Origin: Eledone cirrhosa
Lineage: Eukaryota
Assembly (NCBI GenBank): GCA_964016885.1
Contig: OZ024747.1
Coordinates: 41,850,001 to 41,914,000, forward strand
Direction of reading: 5' to 3'
Length of the DNA stretch: 64,000 bases
A program made the translations under genes and the position numbers. This document shows, one piece after another, positions 1 to 12,520 of the stretch. The notes beneath the pieces were generated by a model. That model saw only the letters and a list, made by a program, of their open reading frames with translations, did not search any database and was not told where the DNA came from. Position 1 is the stretch's first letter; each line of letters begins with the position of its first letter.

Positions 1-260
1 TTAAATCATCAGCACCAGAGAGATCCTCATGTCTTTGACAGCTGAAAAGTGCTCTTAACTTGCTTTACAAGTTGCTATCACAATTGTGTTTCTAATATTC
101 ACCTTCATACCTTTCGCTTCTCTATATTCCTTCCATCTATTTATCTTCTCCCTCAGCCCATCCATACTCTCTGCTAATTAACACTAGTTCATCCATGTAC
201 AGCAACTCCCATGGTAAACCACCCCTTCTTCACACTTTGGGCCAGTACCTCCATCACTAC
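1..260 (-). mobile_element. Old degenerate RTE-clade LINE reverse transcriptase fragment
   Basis: Minus strand reads GLPWELLYMDELVLI (frameshift) AESMDGLREKINRWKE..KGMKVN. This matches the PWELLYADDLVLIAES..KGL(R/K)VN segment of the younger RTE copies in this window. Confidence 0.7.
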
Positions 261-2174
261 AATAATAGTCGGCTTAATATGTTTTTGCATGTTTAAGATG
301 GTCACACTATTTTTTGTGCGAGTGTATCAGTTAGAATGGACAAGGGAAAATAGATCTCACATATGGAAACAGTTTTTGAGCCTTTTAGAATTACAAAAAA
401 AAATCATCATACACATAAACATAGCTACTATATATTTTCTAAATACATAGTCATGTTTTCATGTTTATGTATATAGAAACTTGATATTCCTATTCACATA
501 TGTATATACGTATATACGCACTACACACAGATACGTATCTCTATATGTAGACAATCGATGCAGGATTCTGGATGTTTTCATAAAAGTAACACACAGGTCA
601 TTCACACACACGGGCGCACGCACATAAACAAGACTGCTTGCTTGGGTATTTTAGGTGACAGTAAAACACTACTGATGCTACTTTTCATATTAACATCATA
701 AAATCTATTGAAAGGATATACTTCTCACCGGCGACATTCGATTATGAAATTAAAGTTTCCACACTCACACGTGCTTAAACAACAACGAAATTGTTAGTGT
801 ATATAGCTGTGTTTTACGATATCGATATTAGAATGATAAAGATGCGTATTTCTGAGTTTCGGATCATGTTCCCTCACCTCCCTAACTTTGTCTGTTTTCC
901 CAAGATCTTACCTTTTGTATATTTGTGGTGGTTAAATGAAATAAGAACCAAAACCTAATGATAAAGAAATTCTCGTATAAAACCCACCTTTTAAATAAAT
1001 TGTAAGAAATTATATTTTCTTAGAAGTAAACATAAGCAGTTAAGTATTTACTAATCATGCTTATGGGGGTAAATCTAATCCACATGCCACCACCGTGAAT
1101 GAAACTTAACCCTTTAGCATTCACATTACTCTATATATACTATTATATTTTCATGGTAAAGGCTTTACCTCACACTTTAAGGGGTCAACCAACACATTTA
1201 CTTATTCCTGTCGGTAATTAAGGTTAAGGTTAGTGTTAAAGCCATGTTAAATGTTTTACATTCCTCATTATTGCTGATGCCAATTTATGTACGCCGCTTT
1301 CGTCCAGTTTTATCTACACACACGAAGCTGATGATTCATTTGTTTTACTCCGAGTTTCTTGTTTGTTGTGCCCTCCGTCACTTTCACCACAAATAATAGA
1401 CAGATAGGGTGCTAGGAAATATCACATTCTTTAGTTTATGTGTAGAGATATTTTGTTTATGTGATCAGTTACCGAGAGATTAAGATAACAATGTTATAAA
1501 GGGGATTTATTATCTGGAGAAGTGTATCTCTATCGTACACATGATGGAGAGAGAGAAAACTTACCAATATTAGTAAACAATGTAGGGAGAGAATTTTACT
1601 TTTTATCTTACTCTTGCGTTTACCCAAATCAATAAAATGGGATGGTCACAACTAGCCTTTAATCATGTCTCCTCGATCTGGTACACAACTTATGATTGAA
1701 ACATCTTATTTACAAACTGGAACTCACATTTTTTTTCTTCCTTAAACTGAAAACCGGCTGCGATTTCTATATAAAACAGAATCTGCGAGATATAGTTAGT
1801 GGTCATCTAAGTTAGTCGATTTTAAGAAAGGAGATGTTCAAACTGGGCTTTTTATTTTATTTTATTTTATATACAGACGAAGAGGATGTGGAGAAAGCTG
1901 ATATTTCACACACAAAAAGTCGTTTCTGATTAATCAAATGTCTACCAAGCTCACCCGTGTAATTTTAGAATCTGGTGTCCGTCCGAAATGTAAAAAAGTT
2001 TAGACACACTTCTATGAGTAATCAAAGCGAGCGTCCGAAAAAGTTTACCGTGTTAAAAAAATATAACAAAGGTACTAATTCAACTAAAATTAACAAGAAA
2101 TTCTCAACTGTATAAATCTGAATATATATATACCTGACAAAACGTTAGGTTGAAACTAGAGACAGCGGACTTAC

Positions 2175-2450
2175 CTCTTCAAAGTAATCAAAACCAAAGA
2201 GGGAAATGTAATCCTTTTTTTTTAATTAGAACAGGTATCTACAGTGATGTGAAGAAGAGCGCAAGCAACCATTACTGGCTTTCTAAAGAAGCGAGTGTAA
2301 CGCCTTGTTTCTCTTTCTTTCTCTTCCTCTTTCTTTCTTTCTCTCTTTATCCTCCTCCCCTTCCCCTTCCCGCTCTCACTATCACTTTCTTTATCTGTCT
2401 TTCCCATGTACCACTATCTTTTCATCTGAGGACAGCAATCGGTTCTGAGT
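2175..2450 (-). promoter_or_regulatory. Candidate first exon of a gene divergent from MPG
   Basis: Strong minus-strand donor GAG|GTAAGT at 2175/2174 in non-repetitive, CpG-containing sequence. No coding frame recognised, and the 5' boundary is a guess. Confidence 0.3.
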
Positions 2451-3036
2451 GACACATTCAATTACTGACAGTACTACTTGCTCAACTACTAGCGGGACTA
2501 CTGATAGTGTATTGACTAATACTACTTACTGTTCTTACTAATGTTGAGTACTGCTTCTTGTATTTTCGTTTCTGTTTAACTCTAACTCAACCATAATTGA
2601 GCATGTCTATAATCAAAATCACACATGATTCAATAAATCATTCCCTTTTTTAAGACGATAGAGTTCGATTTGTGGGAGATTTGGCTGCTATTTTTAGCAG
2701 ATCCAGTGACTACATAGAAGCTCTCTCGTTGGTCGGCATAATATATGTTACTACATGTATTGAAGTATTGTTTGTAATGATAAATGGGATTTATGGCATG
2801 TTTGCTAAGAGAAAAGGTAACTTCATAGATTCCCTTTTGATCTTTTAAGCAAAGCAAGAAGGCGACAGTATTAAGTGTACCACTGGAGGCGGTCGTTGTT
2901 AACTCCCATTAAGCCCTGATCAAACTTTTCATCTAAAGAATTCCAGCCTTTATCATCCCGTTTTTATTTATATATACATTTTTTTTTTTGTTAAACATAT
3001 TGTACTCTGGACTACACTATCTAATATATCTTACAG

Positions 3037-3100
3037 GGTGGCAACATTGATGATGACTCAGTTACGACAGTTTGACCGGCCTGGGACAGAAACAACTTCA
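3037..3100 (+). promoter_or_regulatory. Candidate 5' UTR exon of MPG
   Basis: Unique sequence ending in donor CA|GTGAGT at 3100/3101. The MPG ATG exon has a clear acceptor at 8403, so an upstream exon is expected. Confidence 0.35.
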
Positions 3101-3189
3101 GTGAGTAGAATTTCCCTCTTAACTCTTTTAAAATATTGTTTGTGTTTTGTTGTTTGTATCTTGTAAGTTTATTGATAGTTGTATAAATA

Positions 3190-4455
3190 ACATTACAAAT
3201 CGTTTGCAATTCTTTCAGAATGAAAATATAAACAGAGCATATAAATAAATTTAGAGTAGAATAACATAACAAATATAATAATAATAATAATAATAATTGT
3301 TTCTACTTTAGGCACAAGGCCAGCAATAACCCAGAGCATTACTGGTACTTTATTTTTTAACAGTGCATGAGTCATGATATACACATGTTTTAAATATATA
3401 CATAAATAACATTATAAATGCTTAGATAACATAAATAGCTCGCGATTCTTTCAGAAAGATATATTCTTTTAATGTTACAATATTAAAGAAAATGTAAAGG
3501 AAGGGGTGAACAGCGGAGCCAACACCAGAGCAAAAGACAGCAATGTCGCGAGTACTGGGCAACCTCTCTAATGATTTTTTTATAATTGGCTCGCGATTCA
3601 TTCAGAAAGATATATGTATTCAGAAAGATATATATATATTTGTATTTTGTAAAAGAAACTTGATATTAGTTTTATTGTTTTGGCTTGGAGGAAACAGCTG
3701 TGTTTTCACAGGCTCTCTCAAACAGAGTACTATTGTTTCAATGGTTTCTAACAGACAGTAAGGCCAAACATGTTACGAGGAGGAAACAATTGTTTAAACT
3801 TATTCCAGCAATTAACTGCTGTTTGTTTTGTTGGCCCTTGATGAAAGAAGGGTACAGTTGACTCCGACTGCATTTGAACTCAGACTATAAAAAGGCGTAA
3901 TTAAATATCGCAATGTGTATAATTAGTTGGTCCCCTCTCTTTCCATTCTATTGTTTACTGATCGAAGGTTTCTAACAAGATCACAAATCTGAGGAAGGGT
4001 GAGTGGGCAGTCGATTAAATCAATACCTCTACTTTACTCTTACTTATTATATATATATATCCCGGAAGTGTGAGGCAATGTCGAACCTGAACGTTTTTGA
4101 ACTCAGAACAGACAAAAGCGAAACTAATTAGCCTCGCCATCACCCGAGGTTGCCAGTGTGCTGACTTGCCTAAAAAATCATTAGAGAGGTTGCCCAGTAC
4201 TCCTCATTGCTGTCTTTTGCTCTGGTGTTGGCTCCGCTGTTCACCCCTTCCTTTACATTTTCTTTAATATTGCAACATTAAAGGAATATATCTTTCTGAA
4301 AGAATCGCGAGCAATTTATAATGTTGTCTAAGCATTTGTAATGTTATTTATGTATATATTTAAAACATATTTGTTATGTTATTCTACTGTAAATTTATTT
4401 ATATGCTTTGTATATATCATATATGTTCATATTTTCACTCCCATTTGTAACGTTA
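3190..4455. repeat. Inverted repeat (foldback), arms about 3190-3578 and 4173-4455
   Basis: GGAAGGGGTGAACAGCGGAGCCAACACCAGAGCAAAAGACAGCAATG (~3499-3545) is the reverse complement of ~4205-4251. The left arm is interrupted by a SINE fragment at ~3275-3385. Confidence 0.8.
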
Positions 4456-5022
4456 TTTAATTTAATAAAATTTACAGTTATAGTTCAAAATAGTCTACTA
4501 CTTTATCGATTTTGTCGCCATAATTATTTCTAGCATTGGCACAAAGCCAGTAATTTCGGGGAAGTGGAAAGTCAATTATATCCATTCCAGTACTTTACTG
4601 GTACTTTATTTTATCGACCTCAGAAAAATGAAAAGCAAAGTTGATTTCGGCGAAATTTGAATTCAGTAAGCCGTGACGCGCTATCGTAGCCATACTACCG
4701 ACATACCGCCCTCATAATAGTTATAATCTTTTCATAATTCTTACGACAAAGGCGCCGAATGGGAAGCAGGGATTACAGGAACACCTCGAGCTCAACATAA
4801 ATACAAAACGTTAAGGTTTAACAGACAAGCATTTTGGAATTAAAAAATTCCAGTCCAGTACTAGTGTGGATTCTTCCTCTATATCTTTTATTTACTTCCT
4901 TTCTCTCACTCTCTCTTTCTCTGGAAGAAATTGGTTGTGTTCAGACCTGGAGTCAGATTTTTAAAATGGTCAAGATATGTTATATGTCACTATGGAACCC
5001 AAGAGTTACAGATCCATACATA

Positions 5023-5862
5023 CAGTGGCGGACTGGGTCTAAATATATTGGTTGTCAGGAGATAAAAGGGACTCACCCACATATAGAATGCTATCATTTA
5101 ATTTTTATTATGAATAAATAACATTTTCAAAAAATACATAAGTGAAAACAAAACAGTGCAATGAAATTTTTACGTAAAAAAATGTGTATTTTTTACTAAT
5201 TATTGTGTATATATACTGTACATATTACTAGCAGTATACAGTAATACCAATTTAAATACAGAATGTTATAATTGAATTTTTAAATAATTGGGAATGTATA
5301 GTATAGTGTTATTTAGAGTAGAGTGTGCAAGTGACCGTTGTTACCTTCTCCAATAAAAAAAATATAAAGTGAAATATACACATCCAGAGACTTTCAATAA
5401 TGACCTTTGGTCTTTCACATTCGCCCTATACATATATATCTTGTACAAACATTATCAAATCCCGCCGAGGTTAACTTTGCCTTTCATCCTTACGGCGTCG
5501 ATAAAATGAAGTACCAGTAATGCACTGGGTAATTGTTGGCCTGTGCCAAAAGTAGAAACAATTATTTGGCGACTCATTCTCACTAGGGACTTTAGACTGA
5601 AGAACTGGCCACTAATTGATTTTACATATGTCTTTAACCCATTGATGTCAAAAATTATTTGGCCAGCAGGAATTGTTTGATCAAATGCTTTGCTTATTTA
5701 TTTTTTTTTTATTTATTTTATACTTTTTCTGAAACATTTTTTTAAAGATATTTTTTTAAAGCAAAGCATTAGCCCCTAAATTGCTACAGTGGGCCCCTGC
5801 AATGCTACCGTGGGCACCCTGGGGCCCACTTGCCATTGGGCAACCTGGCCAGTCTGCCACTG
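5023..5862. mobile_element. Non-autonomous hAT transposon (MITE)
   Basis: TIRs CAGTGGCGGACTGG / CCAGTCTGCCACTG, flanked by an exact 8-bp TSD CATACATA (5015-5022, 5863-5870). Contains a SINE fragment at ~5450-5560. Confidence 0.9.
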
Positions 5863-6199
5863 CATACATACACAGTATATGTCCATATAATATAATATTT
5901 GTCAGTAGATGTACATATGTGTGTGTATACAGTGAAACCTCATTAAACAGTATTAATAGTGGCAAATTTCATGTATTACAGAGCGTTTGAGTTTCTTGAA
6001 CAATGGATTATCAACTTCATCCTCCACTTTATCTTTGCCATCACCAATAAGAACTTCATCACCTATTGCATCCATTAAAACTTGGTATCCAGGATACTCT
6101 CTATATCTTCTAGACAAGTTGTGATATGATCCTCTGTGATATCTAAGTCACAAGCCCCGTGAAGTATATGATATATATAGTATATGAAATATATGATAT

Positions 6200-6470
6200 A
6201 CCCAACTAATTCAGATGGATCCCCAAGTAAGATCAACTGAGCTCATGGATGTTATCCAACACATCTTGCTTGGAGTCTATCCCTGGGTCTCCTGTCGGCT
6301 GGTTTTGCCCATATAATTTGTCCAGTGAAACTTTCCTGAGACATTCTAACCACTAGTCTGTAGTACTGGAGCTGTGATCTCTCAATTCAGAGGTGCATTC
6401 ATCAACATTAATAGCACCTACACTTCATCTGCAGAGATTTCCAGGTCAGGAAATCTTCCTGGGATTTACG
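6200..6470 (-). mobile_element. 3' fragment of an RTE-like LINE
   Basis: The reverse complement aligns with 9180-9460 (GTTAGAATGTCTCAGGAAAG...CAGGAGACCCA.GG.TAGAC...TTGGGGATCCA), encoding a GRRP.GRP..RW.D.I motif typical of RTE C-termini. Confidence 0.65.
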
Positions 6471-6559
6471 TACTGCAGGAATAAAATGCAAGGATAACCA
6501 GTCATTAAAGATATGCATGTTGAACCACAATTTCTTGAAATGTTAATAATAATTTCTAA

Positions 6560-6905
6560 TTTTGGCTCAAGGCTAGAAATTTGAGGGTAGGGGAAAGTTG
6601 ATTATATTGACCATAGTACTTGTACTGGTACTTCATTCTATTGACCTCACAAGGACGAAAGACAAAGTTGACCTTAAAAGGATTTAAACACAGAGCATAT
6701 AGAGAGCCAGAACAAATACTGTGAAATATTTGTTCGGTGTTCCAATAACTCTGCCAATACACTTAGAAGAGTAATGATTCAGATTTAGGCACAAGGCCAA
6801 CAATTATGGGGGGAAGGGAAACTTGATTAAATCCATACCAGTGCTTTATTTTATCGACCCCATAAGGATGAAAGGCAAAGTTAACCTCAGTGAGATTTGA
6901 ACTAG
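6560..6905 (-). mobile_element. Two adjacent Nin/Deu-domain-type SINE fragments
   Basis: Reverse complement of the family core GTCAACTTTGCCTTTCATCCTT.CGGGGTCGATAAAAT and tail GGCCTTGTGCCTAA, seen at many sites in the window. Confidence 0.7.
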
Positions 6906-6992
6906 GAAAAGTCAGCAAAATATTGACCTCAAGTATAATTCTACTTACCATTTTATCATTGATTTTTTTAAATTTCTTTATTTTGTCACATA

Positions 6993-7183
6993 CAAGAGGA
7001 GGCTGAAAAATTCATAAGCAGACTATGAAACAGTGATGCTAGAGCTGTGAAATCTTGCATGCATTAATTTCAACTCATCTTATTAATAACTGCATTTCCA
7101 GGGACTATGTTGAAAAATAAACCTCATTTAGTTATTCCATGAGAGTATTTTGGTCAGCCTATGAGCTTTTTAGCTGACCCTCA
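6993..7183. mobile_element. Tc1/mariner-type MITE
   Basis: Imperfect TIRs (CAAGAGGAGGCTGAAAAATTCA vs reverse complement TGAGGGTCAGCTAAAAAGCTCA) with TA on both sides. A related copy lies at 33667-33856. Confidence 0.6.
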
Positions 7184-7319
7184 TATTTCTTAACTGTACA
7201 CAAGTATACACAATTCATTTAAATTTGTCTGGTTATTGGTCTTATCAAAATTGTCTGCTGTCTTCTTACCTTACAGAAAAATAAAACAGTTTTGATATTC
7301 TTTAGGAAGATATTTAACT

Positions 7320-7510
7320 GCTGTTGTTTCACCCTAGGTGTGGCGTGAGGGAGCAGACCTATGATCAAAGATGTTTTAGCTGTGACCATCCCCATCTTTT
7401 TTGTATATCCAGGATTACATTGACCTATGTGTCCTCTTTTTTTAAAAAAAGATGGTAGTGTGTGGTTTTGAAGGAGATTTGGCTGTTATTTCTAGCATGG
7501 TGGGAGACTA
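7320..7510 (-). mobile_element. Dispersed retroposon 3' end with (AAC)n tail, family unassigned
   Basis: Related copies at ~2640-2730, 2890-3020, 8080-8180, 16760-16873 (opposite strand, ending GGGGCTAAACAACAACAAC), 32830-33040 and 45763-45960. Most share GGAGATTTGGCTG(C/T)TATTTCTAGCA. Confidence 0.6.
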
Positions 7511-8418
7511 TGTATGCATGTGTGTATTTGTGTAATTTTGTAAAATGATATTCATTTTGTATCAAATAAAATTAGTTAAAAATACTTTCTCCTCCTCCCT
7601 CTACCCCCCCCCCCCTTCTCCACCCCTTACACACTGGGGGACATATATAAATCAGTATGTGTGTATATATGATGTGGTGGGTGTCAACATTTCAGCTGCC
7701 AAAAATTCAACTTTTAGTGACATGCTGAACACTAATTCTATAGAGACTTAGCATTTGAAAGCCTCAGGCACTAAAATTACTCTTGACTTACATCTAACTT
7801 ACTAAACAAAAAAAATATATATATATATATATATATATGATATTCTCAGACATGATATCTTTCATTTAATTTTGTTAGTATATATATATATATATAAAAC
7901 TGTCAAACTGATTAACAAAGGCCATTCACTATTTGCTGCTTAATGGCTTAAATTGGTATCAACTGTTGTAATTGAAGGTCATGGTTATTGTTTTATTTAT
8001 ATAGTTTTGTGTAAATGATAGTTATAGAGAATAGAAAGAATATGTTTGAACATTTGAGGATGGTTCTATGCAGCTGTTTAACCTGCTAGAAATAACAGCC
8101 CAGTTTTTATGGTAGGGTTTAAGGGAAATTTGGCTGCTATTTCTTAGATGGTGAACAACCAAATAGAGGTTCCGTTGATAGCTTGTTTATTGCATATGAA
8201 AGCTGTGGTGTATTAAAAGCCAGCCAATCATAATAAATCATCAAGTGACTTCAAACTCCACCGAGGCCATCTTTGCCCTTCATCCGTTCAAGATTCATAC
8301 ATGAAATAGTCCAGTATTGAGTCAATTCTTCCTTTATCTCTCTCTCTCTTTCTACCACTTTTTCCTCCACACCCATTAAATCTCTTTATATCTCTATCTC
8401 CAGTAAAACTGAAGCGAT

Positions 8419-8809
8419 ATGGCACCAAGAAAAAGACAAGCAGATCATGCAGATTCTGAAATAACCACTAGTAAATATTTTGCCAAACAAAACAGCGATG
8501 AAAGTTCTTCAAGCAAAGAAAAACTATTTGACCCTTGCCTTAGACTTACAAACACTTTCTACGAGAAAGGATGTGTAGATCTTAGCAGAGCTCTTCTTGG
8601 CCAATATATTGTACGAACACTTGATGACAACTCTCAGATTTGTGGTAAGATTGTAGAAACTGAGGCATATTGCGGCATTGAAGATGCATGTTCTCATTCT
8701 TATAACAATAGACGAACAGAACGGACTGAAGCTATGTTCATGCATCCAGGGACTCTTTATGTATATACCATATATGGTATATACAGTTGTATGAATATAT
8801 CCAGCTCTG
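8419..8809 (+). CDS. MPG: DNA-3-methyladenine glycosylase (AAG/MPG), coding exon 1
   Basis: Contains LSRALLGQYIVR..GKIVETEAYCG.ED.CSHSY..RRTERTEAMFMHPGTLYVYTIYGIYSCMNISS, the AAG catalytic-Glu (ETEAY) and intercalating-Tyr (IYG.Y) motifs. Acceptor (pyrimidine tract + CAG) ends at 8403, and a phase-1 donor G|GTAAGA lies at 8809/8810. Confidence 0.96.
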
Positions 8810-8984
8810 GTAAGATTTTCTTCCTGTTGTTATTGTTGTTGTTTATCCAAATGTTGATCCTCATCAAGCAAATGTTGAGTTAGAGGAGTTTCAGTCAAGA
8901 AAATACTATATTACTTTCAGACATAGTGTAAGAATTGGAGGAGCTGGTGCAGTAATGTGCCAGCTTCAATATTTGGTCACCAGA

Positions 8985-9080
8985 AGAAGGAAGGTAGGTG
9001 TAAAAGCCAGAAGGGAGTTAGATGTAACAGCCAGAAGGGAGGTAGGTGTAACAGCCACGAGGGAGGTAGGTGTAAAAGCC
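8985..9080. repeat. 24-bp minisatellite, about 3.5 copies
   Basis: Repeated CCAGAAGGGAGGTAGGTGTAACAG units in the MPG intron. Confidence 0.8.
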
Positions 9081-9179
9081 AATCTCACTATCTTCAATTT
9101 GTATTTGTGCCAACTCTTACCTATGGTCATGAATCTTGAGTAATGACTGAAAGAATATGATTGCAAATACAAGAAGCCA

Positions 9180-9480
9180 AAATGGGTCCCTCTGAAGGGT
9201 CTTTGGAGTAAGGTTACTTGATAGAGAACCATTCCAGGTAGACATGCTACATCTCCAAATAGAGAGATCACAGCTCTGTAGTTAGAATGTCTCAGGAAAG
9301 AATCACTGGACAAAATTTACTGGCAAAACCAATTGGCAGGAGACCCAAGGGTAGACCCTGAGCAAGATGGTTGGATAACATCCATGACCTTGCTTGGTCT
9401 CACTTGGGGATCCAACCGGATCGATTGGAGATGACTGCTTCTGATGATCCTCTCAAGAATAAGCAGGCAAAGAAGAAGGT
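9180..9480 (+). mobile_element. 3' fragment of an RTE-like LINE in the MPG intron
   Basis: Degenerate ..RMSQER..ILLAKPIGRRPKGRP.ARWLDNIHDLAWSHLGIQP. Inverted relative to the 6200-6470 copy. Confidence 0.65.
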
Positions 9481-10423
9481 TTTAATTTAAGTAGAAACAC
9501 TTTAAAATGAGTGTTTTTGTTTCATAGAAACAACTAGTTTTGGCTGGGTTGATATTAAAAGGGTTAATGAAGAATTTTGAGGGATTTACTAAAATTATTA
9601 ATTATTTCATTACTAAGGTAGTAACTTAATGTATGTTTCTTATATAAAATTACATCCAAAGATTTGAATTTAAATAAAAACCCTTTAAAATGGATGGTAT
9701 TTTTTCATAGAAACAGGCAAGTTGATATCAAAAGGATCAAAAACAAAAACCAACAGATGTTTTTCCTATACATAACATTCAGAAACACCCTATAGCAGCA
9801 CACTTGTTTTTAACTAAGACACAGTCATGAAATTAACAAAAATGACAAACACTTGTAACTTAAACCTTCCAAAGTCATGTTAGCATGTAATTAAGTCTTT
9901 GTAATCAGTAAATGCATGTCCTTATTTACTGTTAATTAAACCACTTGTTTTGTTAATTTACAATTGACTTGAAGCAGTAATTATATATATATATTATGTC
10001 TAATTACATTTGCATATTAATTATATGGGTGGCAATGGTGTAAACCAGTGATTCATAATCTAATTTTTCTTTATTTATTTAATTATTTTACTTTTTTAAA
10101 TTTATTTTTACCATTCATGGTCCATTTCTGAACCTAATTCGGTCACCTTCCTGAACTACCACCACCACAAATGGTTTTATGTCAAATTATGTTGGAAGAA
10201 TTCAATTTAAGTAGAGACCCTTTAAAATAGGTGGTTTAGGGCAGGTTAGCATTGAAAGGACTAATAGATTGTGTAATGTTTTGACCTCTCCTCTCTCTGT
10301 TTTTATATAACTAATATATTTTATAACAGTAACATGTTTGTGTACATTTTAATTGTACGAACAAATGAGTCCTGGTGGTATATAAAATAGAAAGAATTAT
10401 TATTGTGATAATTATTCTTATCA

Positions 10424-10645
10424 AGGTGGTAGATTGGCAGAATTGCTAGAACATTGGACAAAATACTTTACAGTATTACTTCAGACTCTTTAGGTTCTGA
10501 GTTCAAATCCTACTGAGGTCAACTTTGCCTTTCATCCTTTCGGGGCCAATAAAATATTTTTAAAAAGTATAAATTACGAGGATTGATATAATCGACTTTC
10601 CCTTCCCCACAAATTACTGGGTTTATACTAAATTATAAATCGCTA
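10424..10645 (+). mobile_element. tRNA-derived SINE with Nin/Deu-like central domain
   Basis: Head GGTGGTAGATTGGCAGAA, B-box-like GAGTTCAAATCC, core CTTTGCCTTTCATCCTTTCGGGG. Further copies at ~4530-4670(-), 16905-17106(-), 32446-32665(+), 34900-35342(+, two) and 56628-56830(-). Confidence 0.75.
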
Positions 10646-10869
10646 TTAGAGTTGAATCAATTGAGCAACTGATTCAATGCCTTGTGGTATTTAATTACAT
10701 ACTTTATGCTTTTACATTCTGAGTTGAAACCGTTGTTGCATGGTGACTAGTTAAACAAGGGGTTCATTTTACTGACTATACCTTTTCCTTAAAATTTGTG
10801 TCTTTGTGCCTAAGTTAGAAATCCTTGAACTGTGTTAAAAACCTAAATAATTTGTCCTAAATATTGTGG

Positions 10870-11133
10870 TGGAGGCACGTGGCCTAATGGTAAGGGTATT
10901 GGACTTACGATCATAATGTTATGGGTTCGATTCTTAGACTTGGGTTGTATGTTATGTTCTTGACCAAAACAATACTCAGTTGAAAATGAATACCAGAAAT
11001 AGCTGGGGGGTTTAATCCTGTGATGGACTGGTGTCCTGTCCAGGGGAGATTATTGTACTCTCAGTCGCTTTATGCCATGGAAACTGGGATAAACACTGGC
11101 CTGATGAGCCTCAAGGTTTGAGACAAACTTTAC
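10870..11133 (+). mobile_element. tRNA-derived SINE, second family with CORE-like domain
   Basis: A box TGGCCTAATGG, B box GGTTCGATTC, then GTTCTTGA.CAAAACA and CCTGTGATGGACTGG.GTCCTGTCCAGGGGAG. Minus-strand copies at 14110-14243, 45425-45712 and 62095-62376. Confidence 0.8.
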
Positions 11134-11360
11134 ATTTTTTATAAATATTGTGCAATCCATGTAAGCATCAGAAAAATGTACATAAAAGGATGATGTTTGG
11201 AGTAATGGGATTTATTTTTTCTTTAAAATATGTTTTCCTTGTTTCTTTGATTTCATTATAGTTTGTTATTGCAAACCATTTTACATAAAAAATATATAAA
11301 ATAAAAGTCTTGGCAGTAAACAAAAAACAAAACCAAAATAAAAATTTTAATTTTTTCCAG

Positions 11361-11740
11361 GAGAAGGCTGTGCTGTTCTAATTCGAGCACTTGAACCCAT
11401 ATCAGGACTTGAGAAAATGCAATGCTCACGCTCACGTTCACAAAAGAACCATCTAAAACAGATGAAAGAGAAGAACTTATGTAACGGACCTTCCAAGCTT
11501 TGTCAAGCTCTTGATGTCACTAAAGAAACATTCAACAAAGAAGATTTATTAAACAGCAAACGTTTATGGTTGTCAAATGGAGATACTGTGGAGGAAAGTG
11601 AAATTGGTGTTTCCAAACGGATAAATGTAACTGGGGATGAGGTATGGGTTAATAAACCACTTCGATTTTTCATAAAACATAATCCATTTGTATCAGTGAA
11701 AAATGTAGAAATTCAAAATAAAATGAAAGAAAAAAAATGA
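11361..11740 (+). CDS. MPG: DNA-3-methyladenine glycosylase (AAG/MPG), coding exon 2 (terminal)
   Basis: Acceptor TTTTTTCCAG|GA. The phase-1 join gives SSGEGCAVLIRALEP, followed by LCNGPSKLCQAL, SKRINV and KPLRFFIKHNPFVS. 391+380 = 771 nt = 256 aa plus stop. An AATAAA cluster lies at ~12614-12676. Confidence 0.96.
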
Positions 11741-12458
11741 AACTTCTTTTAATACCTTAGTGCAATGTTTTTTTAAAGTGTATTTGTTCTAAGGAAGCCC
11801 ATTGTTCCAGATGTTATAGCGTGTCTTTTAACTTTTAGCATCCTGTACCACATGAAACCACATTAGCAAAACATGAAAAGTACCAGATGGCACCATCACT
11901 GCAAATTAAAAATTGAAGTCTTTACATTAGTTTATTGCAAATTTTGACAACAATCTGAGCGAGAATAATAGGTTTAAGTGAGATCCTCGAATTTAACAAA
12001 CAAAAATACAAGATTTGTTTAGTAAAATACGCCAAAAACTTTCGTATTTAACATGAAATGACGAAATACAAGATTTGTTTTGGAAAATACGAGATAGGAT
12101 ACGTAGGAAATAGGATGGAATGGCTAGTGGTGAAGAAGAATTGGAATGAGGATAGAAATGCTATAGGGTTTGTAGGGTTTGAAAGGACTATGGAATTAAG
12201 CGGATGTTAGAAAAATTAGAAAAATGTGTACGTTACATTATACCATTGAATGAAAAACGGCCACAAATTTTGCGAAAGTGGATTTCTTGTGTGGGTTATC
12301 TTATATATATATGGATAGAGAGGAGGGGGGGGGGTGACCGCATGTTGTATAGTGTGGTGGAGGGGGAGAAGATATTAAGGAGCGGGAATTAAGAGTTTGG
12401 AATAATAACAAATATATTTAAAATATGTATATATATATATATATATGTATGTATATAT

Positions 12459-12520
<62 letters not shown>

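Noticed and set aside
8810-8883. Hydrophobic C-terminus KIFFLLLLLLFIQ.. of ORF 8419-8883
   Set aside because: It is intron read-through past the donor at 8810.
10870-10945. tRNA gene
   Set aside because: The A and B boxes continue into a multi-copy SINE body, and no intact cloverleaf is evident.
11095-11125. CTGATGAGCC-TCAA-GGT as a hammerhead
   Set aside because: It is part of a SINE 3' region and has no GAAA or stem III.
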